Of a stretch of 64,000 nt of DNA, positions 25,153 through 36,693 are shown piece by piece. Every line of letters begins with the position of its first letter. Position 1 is the first letter of the stretch. This DNA comes from Chlorokybus atmophyticus. Taxonomy: Eukaryota; Plantae; Mesostigma and Chlorokybus algae. The stretch is taken from the NCBI GenBank assembly GCA_009103225.1, contig RHPI01002533.1, forward strand, positions 461,368 through 525,367. Reading direction: 5' to 3'. Position numbers and translations under genes: made by a program. Under the pieces are notes generated by a model. It saw nothing but the letters and a program-made list of their open reading frames with translations. It had not been told where the DNA came from and ran no database searches.

Positions 25153-28100
25153 ATGACGCCGGCGGCGGAGGCAGGGCAGGCGGCGGCGGAGGCGCTGAAG
25201 GCGGCGCTGTTAAAGGCGTCTGTGTCTCTGTCCGGCGCGCCGTCGGCGGCGCAGCTCCAGGCGTGCATCGACTTCCTGCGGCAGGAGTCGGAAGTCATTA
25301 AGGAGCGGGTGCACGACACCATCGCAGATGGGTACCACCAGCAGCTTGGCGTCTTCAACGACGCTGCTCACGTACAGGTACGCACGTCTGAGTGAATACT
25401 GTGTTGTGCTTAGTTGAGTGTTTATTCCGACCATGTGGCTGCTGCAGCGGACCAAACATGCTACGTGTACTGTTAAGTTGTCAAGCTGTACTATTGTCAA
25501 GGCATGCGAACGCACTTGTGCTCTATGCTGTGTCAGATGGTCAACTGTGTCGCTGCTTATTTGCAGGAGGAGGTTGGAGACTCGCTTACTCAACTTGACG
25601 AGCTACTGACCAGTGAAAGTGGTGCCGATGAGGATGAGGAGCTGCAGAGGCTTGCATTGTCAGAGCGGCAGATCACAGAGCAGTTGCGTCAGAACGCTGA
25701 GCAACTGGAAGCGTTGAGCTTGATTGTGAGGCTGAACACTCAGCTACGCAACATCAATGTTGCAACTGGTGGCATTGATGAAACCGCCAGCGCCTTACAC
25801 GAGTTTGCCGGTGCATTGGCGTCTGCTTTGCCTGCTGCTGCAACAACGGACTCATCAGTGGATGGCAACGAGCACAGACATGTTCCCAAGGCTTTGGAGC
25901 TTCTCCGTGACAAGTACCAGGATCTCTTATCAGAAGTAAGTTGTCATACTTGCAAAGCGAACAACTGTTGTGCCTGTATTGACAGGCATGGTGTGGGTAG
26001 AGTTGACTGACATCATCTCATGCATGGTTCGCAGTTTAGGCAACGAATGGGATGGCATATCCTTTCAGTGTTTCATATCGATAAGATTCAGCGCACTCTC
26101 ACCATCAAAGCTTCGCAGTCTGGAACAGACAGCATCAGAACGTTGCTGGAAGCCGCTGCACGCTCAAATTTGCTGCCGGAGCTGCTGCGCCTAGTTGCGG
26201 ATGATGTAATGAGGACATTTGTTGAACCCCTGGCAACCACGGCAACATACATGTCGCAGGATTCAGATGTTATTTCTTTCAAACTGCAGCTTCATGATGG
26301 CGTAGCATCTCAGGTGGGTGTACGTAATTTGTTGCCAGCAGTCGCTTTTTCAGCATGTGCATTTCAGTTCAGCTAGCAACCGACTTTCTGTTGCTTCCCA
26401 TTCTACATCAGAGTCCCAAAATGAAGCTGCAAGGCATGTTCTCCAGTTTGTTGTTGTTACTGGAGTTTCTATGCCGTCATGCGGTTGCGGACACAAAGAC
26501 TGGTGCGGAGGAGCTTGGAGCCGCCCTGTGGTTGCCACTCTGCGACAAAGTAAAGGCTGGTCATCTCAGCAAGGTACTATCAAGCTGTTCTGTACAGTGC
26601 CAGTGTCACATGCCTCTGGCAATCCATTGCATGACTTGAGTTGTGTGTCTGAGTATGCTGGTTTCAGTGCAGTAACATTGCAGCCTCGCCGTGCTCATTC
26701 GCATATGCATTGTTGTAGCAACCAGCTTGTCACGTGGCAGGCGCTGGATAGCATTGCGCGCCAAGCTGCTGCATTTGATCATGCAGCTGCAATGGCAAGC
26801 AACTTTGAGACATCCGTCGAGAAGTTGGGCATCATCAAGCCTGCTAGTGGGGCTCGGCATCTCAGCCAGTATGTTGCGGACGCTGAAGTTTCCACGGCTG
26901 TCGCGCAACGGCAGAAGGTAACACACAGGGTGTCAAGACCCAGTTGACATGCATACTGTAGGTGACCCTTGTACATGTCTGCAGGTGCTCTTGAAAGCAA
27001 GGTCACTGCTGCTTGATACCAACCACTCAACTGTGCGGGTATGCAGTCGTAAACTCACAGATAGATGCCATCACCTTGTGCCATGCACCTCACAACTACT
27101 TTGTATGGCTTTGTGCAGGTGTCCGATTGCGCCTTGTCGGATGGCATGAGTGGCACATCGTCAAATGACAGTGCTTCCAAGCAACTGTCAGAACGGACTG
27201 TGCTAGACGCCGCACCAGTTAATGCATGCACTGTTTCAAGACCGTATTTCCACTTCTCACCGTGCCAAGTGAGCCGGGCGACCATTCAACTCTGCGAACT
27301 AGCCACCAGCACACTGGAGGTCAGTATTCTACAGTGCCTGCACAAGTCATAAGGTCACAATGCCCTTAGAACTGGTTCTACAGGATGCCTGCCACGCACG
27401 AGCCCGCAGCGCCGCAGTGCTGTACCGTACAGCACGTGACGTGTTTGACGTCTTCCGGGCGGTAGCACCCATTCGCGCAAGGTCCACCCGTCATGAAAGT
27501 GTCCCCCAGCTGCCAATGTTGTTCCACAACGACTGTATATACCTCGCACATCAAGCCCTAACGCTCGGTCCTAGGTGGGTGCACTGTATTTGTGTGGTTG
27601 CTACTTACGGTTCAACCAACGGATGGGTTTTAGAGTTATGTATCATATGCTTGCACAGGTTTCAGAAGCATATGTCAAAGCCTTTGTGCACATACGCCAC
27701 CTTTATAGACTTCGCCCCATACCTGTTGCGCATTGGCAAGCAAGCGTTCTATCGTCAACTGAACACGCAAGGGCAGGAGTTGGCAAAGTTGATAGATGCA
27801 CTGGAAGGTCTAGGCAACACGGATGACGAGGTGCGCTACGCGCAAGTGGAGCACGCATTCAAGCAGACGCTGCACATGATGCACAAGCTGAAGAACGTGT
27901 GGCAACAAGTGCTTTACCGCGGCACTTTGCTTGAAGCACTGGCTGCCATGGTGGAAACAGTTGCTAGCCGGCTGGTTACAGAGATTCTGGCGCTGCAGGA
28001 CATGTCAGTGGATGAAGATGAGCAGGTGTGATGAGTTGAATACGGTGGTCTGGTCCTCACTGCTACACTTGTTGCAATTGTATCTTGCAATGCATTGGTT

Positions 28101-28433
28101 GTTGTGTAACACATTCTCCTTGTCTCGCAGTTACGAAAGCTCCTGCAGTTGTTTATGGAATGCAGCGATCTGTTTGCGCCTGAGGAGGAGTCTGCAGGGG
28201 AGGCTGCTGGGGAGATGGACCACGTGTCTATCGGGGACCTCGTCCCGCACTGGAAGCAGCTGAAGCTACTCGCGGAGATGCTGGACATGGGGCTGGTGGC
28301 CATCACGGAAGCATGGGAGAACGGCACCGTCCGAGCCTGCGGCTTCACGGCGGAGCAGACAAGCAAGCTGGTGCGGGCTATTTTTTCCGACACGCAGCTG
28401 CGAAGAGACTGCCTGCGACGTATATCGGGATAG
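25153..28433 (+). CDS. ZW10: Centromere/kinetochore and ER-tethering protein ZW10 homolog
   Basis: Multi-exon gene. C-terminal ZW10 signatures: PQLPMLFHNDCIYLAHQALTLG, TFIDFAPYLLRIG, HKLKNVWQQVL, EILALQDMSVDE, VPHWKQLKLLAEMLDMGLVAITEAW, GFTAEQTSKLVRAIFSDTQLRRDCLRRI. Confidence 0.92.
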
Positions 28434-29173
28434 GGGAGGGGGAGGTGTTGGTCTGATCAGCGTGATTGTTTTATAGTTGTGGCTGGCCTGGTTTTCTTGT
28501 GGGGTTGTGCAAGGGGAAAGTTGCCCTGTGTAAATCTTCTGTGCATAGGTTGAGGGTCAGCGTAAAGTGTTGAACTACAAGTTTGTTCTGATGGGTACAC
28601 CTTGTGTGAGTGCAACATATGAACACCTGGTTGTCTTGGTTGGGTTTTATCCTTTTCGGAGATGCATTTTTGTAAAACTTGTACACTGTCAGGTAAGTAA
28701 CGCATGGTGTTGGTGTTTCACCTGTAAACCCTCCAAGAGCAGTCTGGAGACTGCTTAGCGTCACTGCACAGGCACTGGTGGTCTTGCAATCAGTTGACAT
28801 AAGCAGCGCAGTTCAGTTGTGTATCACTGGCAAGCAGTGAAATCTGCAACAGCAGTGAACGACAACATCGCATCGCCATTGCCAAGCATCAAGCCCACAC
28901 AGCAGTGCACTTTCAGCCTAAGAAGTTTATTGAGGGGCGCTGCAGCACAGTAATGTGCGCCGCATGCAACTGCGCTGGCAATTGGCCGCGCACTGATGAA
29001 TGTTGGTAACCAAACTAACTAAACTTCTACAGTAGCACAGGCAAACATCCAACCCTAACCCTACGTGCTGGGTAAAACGGTGGGGACGGGATGACTCAGA
29101 CTATAAAGAAGGGAAGCAAATCCTGTGAATGTGCGGAACTGTTGTTTCGAGTGTGGGTGATTGGAAGCATGAT

Positions 29174-30509
29174 TCAGTAGGGGGTCAAGGTGATCAGTCG
29201 CACGTCCAAGCTGCGCAGCGGCGCCACCTGCCTTCTGCACCACAATGGCGAGCGCACCTGCTGCAATACACATGTCATGTGAGAGTGAGCTCTAAGAACA
29301 TACACACATGCACACGCATGCAAGTGTCTGACGCGTGCAGCAGTACCTCAGACTTGGCTTTCCCGCCGCGCATGCCGGTGGGGGAATCTGAGCCAAAGGA
29401 TGAGGGCGAGGAGGCGGCGGGTGAGTGCGAGCCGAGCAAAGATGCGGGTGAGTTGGGTGCGGACAGGGTGCTCCCGCCGCACGCTCTCAATCGCGCCCTC
29501 ACACGCAGCCTCTCTCGCGCGTGCTGCTCCAAGCTGCTGCTACCCAACCCGCTCAAACACCCTGCACTACCCCACTCCCCGCTGCCGCTTGAAGACAGCA
29601 GCGCTGGCGGTGTCATCCTTAACTGCATCGCAAAGAGGTTGGATAAGTAGTGCATACACGCGCACGTGCGCACAGTTATTGCAATTGTATCTGTGCAATG
29701 TCACTCTCAGTCACAGCACACACCTGTGCTTCAAGTGTGTCGCAGAGGGCGCTCTGATCGACGTGCGTGGTGATGAGGCGGGGTCGTGCTGGCGCGGGTG
29801 CAACGGGCATCGCAAGCGGCTGTCAACACAGAGCATCACTGCGTGTGTAAGTACAAGCAGCAGAGACTTGTTTTTGCAGCATAAAACGTTGGGGATGGAT
29901 TAGGATATGAGTTAACACCTCACCTGTGCGGGGTAGGTGGGTCCCGAGAATGATGCCGAGGAGGCCGACGAGGACGTGATCGGCGCGTGGGTGGGGTGAT
30001 GGTATTCAGCGCGGATGGACAGCGGCACGGCGGCCATTGTAAATGTGAAGGAGGGCGAGGGCGTGGTGAGCGGGAGAGATGCGGGGGACGGGCTTAGCAT
30101 CACCGCCACGCCCTTGACTGTGATATACAAAGCACATTCAGGTTATTGTTGTAATTCATGCTCTGTGGTGATGCTTGCAACCAATGACTTATTGCTGGCG
30201 TCAGGCTCGAGCCCTATGAACACACTAAGTATACATAGTTCATGTCAAGTATACATAGTTAATGTCCTCACTGTATGTATTAGCTTACGATTGGCGTAGT
30301 CAATGCCAGTCGCAAGGCACATCATGCTGATGACCCATGTCTCAACCAGCCAATCGACAACGTGAGTGCTTGCAGCCGCGAAGTTACGGCTGCAGCAATG
30401 CCAGCGTGACGTGCTGTGACATGGTGCTGGTAATCTTACCAAGCGGGTGGCTGTCCTGCTCACCCACCGCCGCCGCCGCCAGCTCCTTGACCTCGATGTG
30501 CTCCGTTTC
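29174..30509 (-). CDS. Hypothetical Ser/Pro-rich multi-exon protein (start unresolved)
   Basis: GC-rich blocks bounded by AG/GT on the minus strand (ETEHIEVKELAAAAVGEQDSHPL; VKGVAVMLSPSPASLP...PTYPAQ; SAPNSPASLLGSHSPAASSPSSFGSDSPTG). No family recognised. Confidence 0.35.
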
Positions 30510-31026
30510 CTTTCACACACACTCGCTACAACAAAGCACGCTGCTTCACTGGGGTAATCTGGCTTAGTCTAGACTACGCCGCCTACTGTAGAAGAAGCCC
30601 AAAGTGTAGTGTATGCTTCCTCCTATGGTGCTCTCTCCCTGGCCTGGTACGGCCTGGTCCTGGAACTACTTGTATGCCCCGCTAGTGTGCTGGTGTTGTC
30701 ACACGGATAGGATGAGTGTTTAGTCAGAGGCGGCAGCGGCGGTGTTGGTCAGAGCGGATCGGACTAGAGCAGTTTGTCGGGTCTAGGACTGAGAGAGAGT
30801 AGACCGGACCAGGCCACGGCCGGACCAGGCCAAAGACTAGGCTCACGACCAGGACCAGACCAGGCCAGGTAGTGAGACCAAAGAAGGCCATCCATCAATG
30901 ACCGGACGACCCGACCCAGGTCCATGCTTAACGCCGGTCGTTGAGAGCAAAGCAGCAGCGCCGAGATGGCAGCAAGCACCAGTGTTGTCCGGTCTGAATG
31001 CCGCTGTCGACCGGCAAGTTAGGGGC

Positions 31027-31109
31027 GACGTCACGTGACGGTCGAGGGGAGGGACATAAGATCTAAAAACGAGAGCAGAGCGGAGAGCGAGAGACTTGTT
31101 TCGCGCGAA
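31027..31109. promoter_or_regulatory. Promoter-like motif cluster: palindromic G-box/C-box and E2F-like site
   Basis: CGTCACGTGACG (31029-31040) overlaps GACGTC. TTTCGCGC (31099-31106) matches TTTSSCGC within the palindrome TTCGCGCGAA. Confidence 0.35.
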
Positions 31110-34100
31110 TAATAAGTCAAACAAACAAAGTCGCCGCCGGAAGGAAAAGGCACACCCACAAACATTCCGAAAGGTAAGGAAGGGATGCTGCACAGCTTCC
31201 GGAAGTGACGCAGGTACATTGTCTCTAACAGAGTGGTTCAACCTAGCTAGGCCCTGCATGCGTGAGGGCGGTGGCCGCAAGTGCCTGAGAGCTTGGGATC
31301 TCATGCTCCGTCCAGACCCTTCCAAGCCCTGGCCGCTGCGGCCACCATGCAGGCTGGCTGCCCAGCTGTCAGGATGCTTGCCGTCACATGGATGTTGCTG
31401 TGATCGGCGCCGCCCAGCAGCATCACTGACGTCGGCAAGAAGAGCCGATTGCGACAGCTCGCAGGCATGGCGCCTGCCACCGGGCTTATTGGGTCACACA
31501 CACACGCCTGTGTGCTGCAGCCGTGGCGCACAACACCGTGACTTTGCCAGGCTACTCACGCCTGCTTGCTTGCCACGAGCGGCATCAAGCAACGCAGAGT
31601 TTGTCAACACGCACGTGGTACAAGTAATTGCTCTGTCTTTGCGACAGGCGCTCTGCGCTCTTTATTATCGTTGCCACTGCCGTGGCCATTGCGATATGGC
31701 GCTCGCATCTGCTAACTAACTGGCCCACCATTGAGACTCATTGCACCTCTTCTCCCACGTAGCCAGATAGTTGTCACTGACGGCGTCAATGCAACAGCCT
31801 GGGCCTGGTAGAGTGCTACAACGCATCCAGCTGTTGCAATGACATGTGCATATATCCGTCGCTGAGGTGCAAGACTACTACTTGTAAAAATGCATTCAAT
31901 TGCCAAGTCGGACTGACTTTGCTCATTGCTGCTTTTGCGTGCTTTCTAATCTGAGGAGCAGGTGCTGCGAGAGGTCCTGGACGCCCTGGATGCGTCAACA
32001 CTTGGCTTCCCTCTTGGACTCGCCAACCTCTCGCGCCTCTTGCCTTGGTGCACCACGAGTGGCTGCCCATAAGAGCGTTTGTTATTGAGAGCGATCCGGT
32101 CAGTGTGTTGGCATTAATGCCTTGCTTCATGCAGTGTGCCAGCACAACCCACAGTGCATGCGCGTGTATAGCTGTGCACACACGTGCTGAGTATATAGCC
32201 TGCAGCGGTATTTGTTCTGAATTCTGGTCATGGCTGTGGGTGCACACTCATACATAAACGCCTCCCTTGTCCACAGGCAATGGGTTGTTCACACTTGTGA
32301 CCACACATAAGACACATGCACACATTGCAGCTTGCTGCATTGCAGCAACAATCTCCTGTGAGTGAGGAGATTAATAATCATGTCCATTACGCGATTCAGT
32401 CGTTCCGCTCAAAGATGCATGGATGCGTCAGCGTATATTCGATATATACGTCACATCCCCAGCGATCATGTGGACGCAAAGCTGCTGTACTGATATAAAG
32501 ACTGCTCAAAGTGCTTCGTTGACAACATCCACTATTTTCTTGTAATTGGGATGCTGGTGAGCCCGTCATTGTGTGTACGTGCACATGCAATACTACCACA
32601 GGGTCAGGCACGCGCACATGCACGCGTACATTCTGATTCCAATGACCAGCATCTTATGCACAATGTGCTGAACTTGTGGCATGCAATGAAGGTTTCGATT
32701 ACTACTCTGGCACATACACGGAGAGTGAAGTGATGCAAACCTGTTGCCTGTCGCGAAACACATCAAGTATGTGGTAAGCTCTACGTGCATTGTCAATGTC
32801 ATGCTTAACATCTCAGCAGCTGATTTGAGTTGGCTTTACCCACAGCATGATAGCGCTTTCAACCTGATCACAGCTGAGACTCAGGTTCAACACGCAAATC
32901 TATGACGCACTTCTGGTTGACGTTGGTGACAACGGTGCAAGCGCGCAGTCCATGTTCTTGCGATTGGAAGAGGTTGATTTGACGGCATGGCTGAGTGAGA
33001 TGTTTGCAGAATCGCGTCCTCAACCTTCGCACGCATTGCGACAACATGCTATTGGTTGACATATGCACCTGAACCGCCACTTGGCGGGTTTTTTAGTGTT
33101 TGTCCACCTTGCATTCAAGTTGTTGTGAACCCTGTACAGGCAGCTGCCATCAAAAGCAGGTAACCAAGGCGTTACTGAAGAGGAGCATTTCAAATTCGAG
33201 CTGCTGATAGTGGATGCATTATCTGTTGGCTTCAGCAAGTACATCATGGTCATAATTGACCTTCAACAACAGCTCGTGCCGTCTTGCAGCACGTATAAAG
33301 TTGAAGCTGCTGATATCGGTTGCCATAACCACCTGGGCACAGTTACGCCTGAGGAGGTGGGCTGAGCGTTCTTGAAGTTGTCCACATACGGGAAGCTAAG
33401 TCCAATGACACCGTGCACATTCGAGCTTAGCTTTTTGAATCTGAAGAGCTTCACGGGTGCTGACCGCAATTTCCCAGGCGTGACTGCGCGCAGTTGGAGA
33501 TGGCAATCAGAGCTAGCATCGCCGTAGACTAGAGATCAACTATCAAAACATGTGTGACTGTGCGTAAATGCCTTTTCCCACATGTTGGATACATCGAAGG
33601 GCATATTCTTTGTCGGAAAGTTGATAAGGCCCCAAGAGTCATTGTGGTTGTTGCGCCCTGCCTACACTACTTACCTTGCTGGTGTGTATCCATGTCTGAA
33701 TGGAAATGTTTGAGTGTTATTTGCCATTGAGAGATGTAACCTATATGTATATGTGTCAATTTGTGTACCACACACGCGCAACCATGCGGATGTATCTGCA
33801 GACGGATACCATACTAGCCAGCAGGCAACAAACGGTATAACAGAATACACCAAAGAGCTAGGGGTTTGACGCAACTAAGTGCAAGCGGGGGCAGCGGGGG
33901 TGGTTTACGACGCTGCAGCAGGACATGCTGGTGCTGACGCTGGAGTACTATGTGCATGGCAGCGCCGTATTTATGTACACACTATGCCCACATCGTAAAA
34001 ACTCGTAATCACCTCACTCAGGTGCAGTCAAAAATAGTGCAAAGTCATGCATTATAATCTTACACTTCATGCATGCTGGTGCTGTAATCCATTTCGTGTT

Positions 34101-34563
34101 GTAGTTGGCGGGCATATTGCTACCCATCTACCAAGGGCCAGCCGACGGAACGGAGAAGAAAAACAGGCGGTATAAGTATACATACAAAGAGTAGGGTAGC
34201 ACAGGTACACATCTACTTGACGCTACTTGCGTCACACGCACTGAAACTATACTTGTCTTTTGCATCCCACTTGTACAGCGTGTCCACTCCGCACTCCACT
34301 CGCTCAAGTGCTGGAACCCAGCACCCATGACGCAAAGCTTGAACACCACCTGAATGCACCCAAGTCATCTACTGCTTCCTCACGCTGGGCAAAGCGCAAC
34401 CTCCAATATGCAGCACACATCACATGGAATGCGCACCTTCGGCAAGTGCTGGCACTAGAATTATTGAAGAACACCAATCCACCGACACAAGTCTCATGGC
34501 ATAATATGTCGCAGGTGGTGGCGTTTGGAAAGCAACCACGGTTGCTCGCGGAAGCATGTAGCA

Positions 34564-36478
34564 TCACTCCAAGGCGCTTAAGAGCTGAGCAAGCTTTGAG
34601 CGGAAAAGCTGCACCTTGGATGCTTGTAAGCAAAGGACCAAACCCACAGACTGCAAACTTTTGTCCTGCAAACAACAACAATTGCCAAGGGCAAATGAGG
34701 TGCGTTACAACTGTCTGTGACACGCAACATGCAAATTCTGATCAGTATGCGGAGGCAGTAGACTTACAGGAGCCGTGACAGAAGGGAGCGGAAAGGTGAA
34801 GGACCATGTTGCCAGCTGCCATGACAATACATATGTCAGAAACAAACAAACAATTGGTGTGAACTATGCAAGTGCACTGCAATGTAGCCAACATCTTGAA
34901 GCGGTACAAAATCAACCATTGTGCCATGGAGACAGGTTGCAATGCATTGATACAACACGATGTGCACTAACATGCTACAAAGATGGTAAAGTATGGTGTA
35001 CCTCTTGGAACACTTGATCTTCAGGCTTGATGTATATGACCTCTTCAGTTGCCTGCTTGGTCTGTCCACAAGGAATCGCAGCAAGTAGAACGATGTCAGC
35101 ATCATCACAGACCACCCTTCATGTAGCATCATGCACGCAGCACCTTCTTGCTCTTCTTCAGCTTCTTGGCTTGATCAGCCTTCGGCGCATTGTCACGCAG
35201 GACGCGGGTCATGATGATGTACTGATCGAACTTGAATGCAGCCCTGGCTTCCGGTGTAGGCTGCATATACACAGCATCATCATCATCATATGCCACTGAC
35301 TCACCAGTCAGGCTGCTTGTGTTCATTTGCACAACAGGCACCATCGACTCAACAAAAACACCAGCAACATGTTTGCAGCATATAGATAAATGTTAGACAA
35401 CAAACAATGCTCACTTCGTCTTCTGTAGCCCAACATATCTCATCAAACAGTGCATCGTGCAAAGGCGAGACCAGCTCCGGAGGGCAGTTGACCACGCGCT
35501 CACTGACAATGAGGCCGGTCTTTGGGGCAGCCAGCGCCGCCTGAAGCTGCTTGCGAACGTCCTCTTCCTTGCACGCCTTCAACATATACTTCCTCACATC
35601 CTTGATGCAAGCTTGCTCCTGCGGCAGAGAACAAACACAAATGGGTTTACAAGTTAAGTTGAGACACCGTGTAGTGTGCTAAGTAACTAAGTCCACGCAT
35701 CGCACTTTGTGCTTGCATAGGTTCAGGGCGGTGATGAAGCCGAGAGGCCCGTCATCTTCATCATCGTTGTCAGCCGTCTTGATGATTGTCCCAACCGTGC
35801 TTTGACCCTCGATAAGATCTGCCATCCCGCCGATGTCCCACTCTATGTCGCCCAAGTAGCGTCTCAACAGCGCTTTGATACCATGGTAGTCGCCGGGCTT
35901 CGGGTCGAAGAACTCAAAGTCCACATTGATCTCACCCTGACAAATGACACAGCTAAATGCGACTGATGTTGAGAGCATGGCAAGCATGGAGCTGGGAGCA
36001 TGCACTGAGCCAAAGTGAAAGCGCATTTTCGCAAAGGTTCTTGCTGTACAGTGCTCAGCACATTGCATAAGTGGCTTGTTCGTCATGCAGGGCACTCTAG
36101 ATTGTCGTGGTGACAACGACATGCAAGCAAGCATATGTTGTAATGTTTTGCGACATGTTGTACTTGCAACAAACGTTCCCTTTCCCGTAAGCCGGAAGCT
36201 GAACGCAAACCGTTAGAGTTCATAGACAGGCAGCTTACCGCGCTTGGCAAGCTGCCGGTGTCGTCATCATCGGCTTCTTCTTCATCGTTCTCCTCATCGT
36301 CCTCCTGCTCCTCATCGCCACTAGGCTCCTGTTCAATATCCGCGGCCGGCCCAGCAGCTTGCTGCTCGGCATCCACTTCCTCAGCAGCCTCTGCCTCGTC
36401 CTCCTCTGCATGCCCCGCAGCTGCCGCCCTTGCCTCCCTGGCTTTGCGCTTAGCCGACTCCCGCTTCCTCTTCCCCAT
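34564..36478 (-). CDS. BCCIP: BCCIP/BCP1 homolog
   Basis: Acidic N-terminus, INVDFEFFDPKPGDYHGIKALLRRYL, GLIVSERVVNCPPELVSPLHDALFDEICWATEDE, AFKFDQYI, EEVIYIKPEDQVF, WSFTFP, and last exon GLVLCLQASKVQLFRSKL...ALE*. Confidence 0.93.
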
Positions 36479-36693
36479 AACCGCTTATAGTTTAGCTTAG
36501 CTTAGCTCACAGCCACCGCCGCACAGCCGCACAGCAACGCAGCCAGCCACCCTGCCGCCGCCCTCGCCGACAACCTCGCCAGCAATGACGACGACAATAC
36601 GCTCAGTTGCAGTAAAAATCTTCTCAGGGCGTCGGTGGCGGTGGCGACGGGCTGGAGGGGGTGAGGGTCAGGCCTGGTGCTGGTGGTGGTCGC

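Noticed and set aside
29049-29062. Telomeric array
   Set aside because: Only about two CCCTAA-like units; at most a telo-box-like motif.
34260-34778. 172-aa plus-strand ORF
   Set aside because: Antisense to the last BCCIP exons and 3' UTR; no family features.
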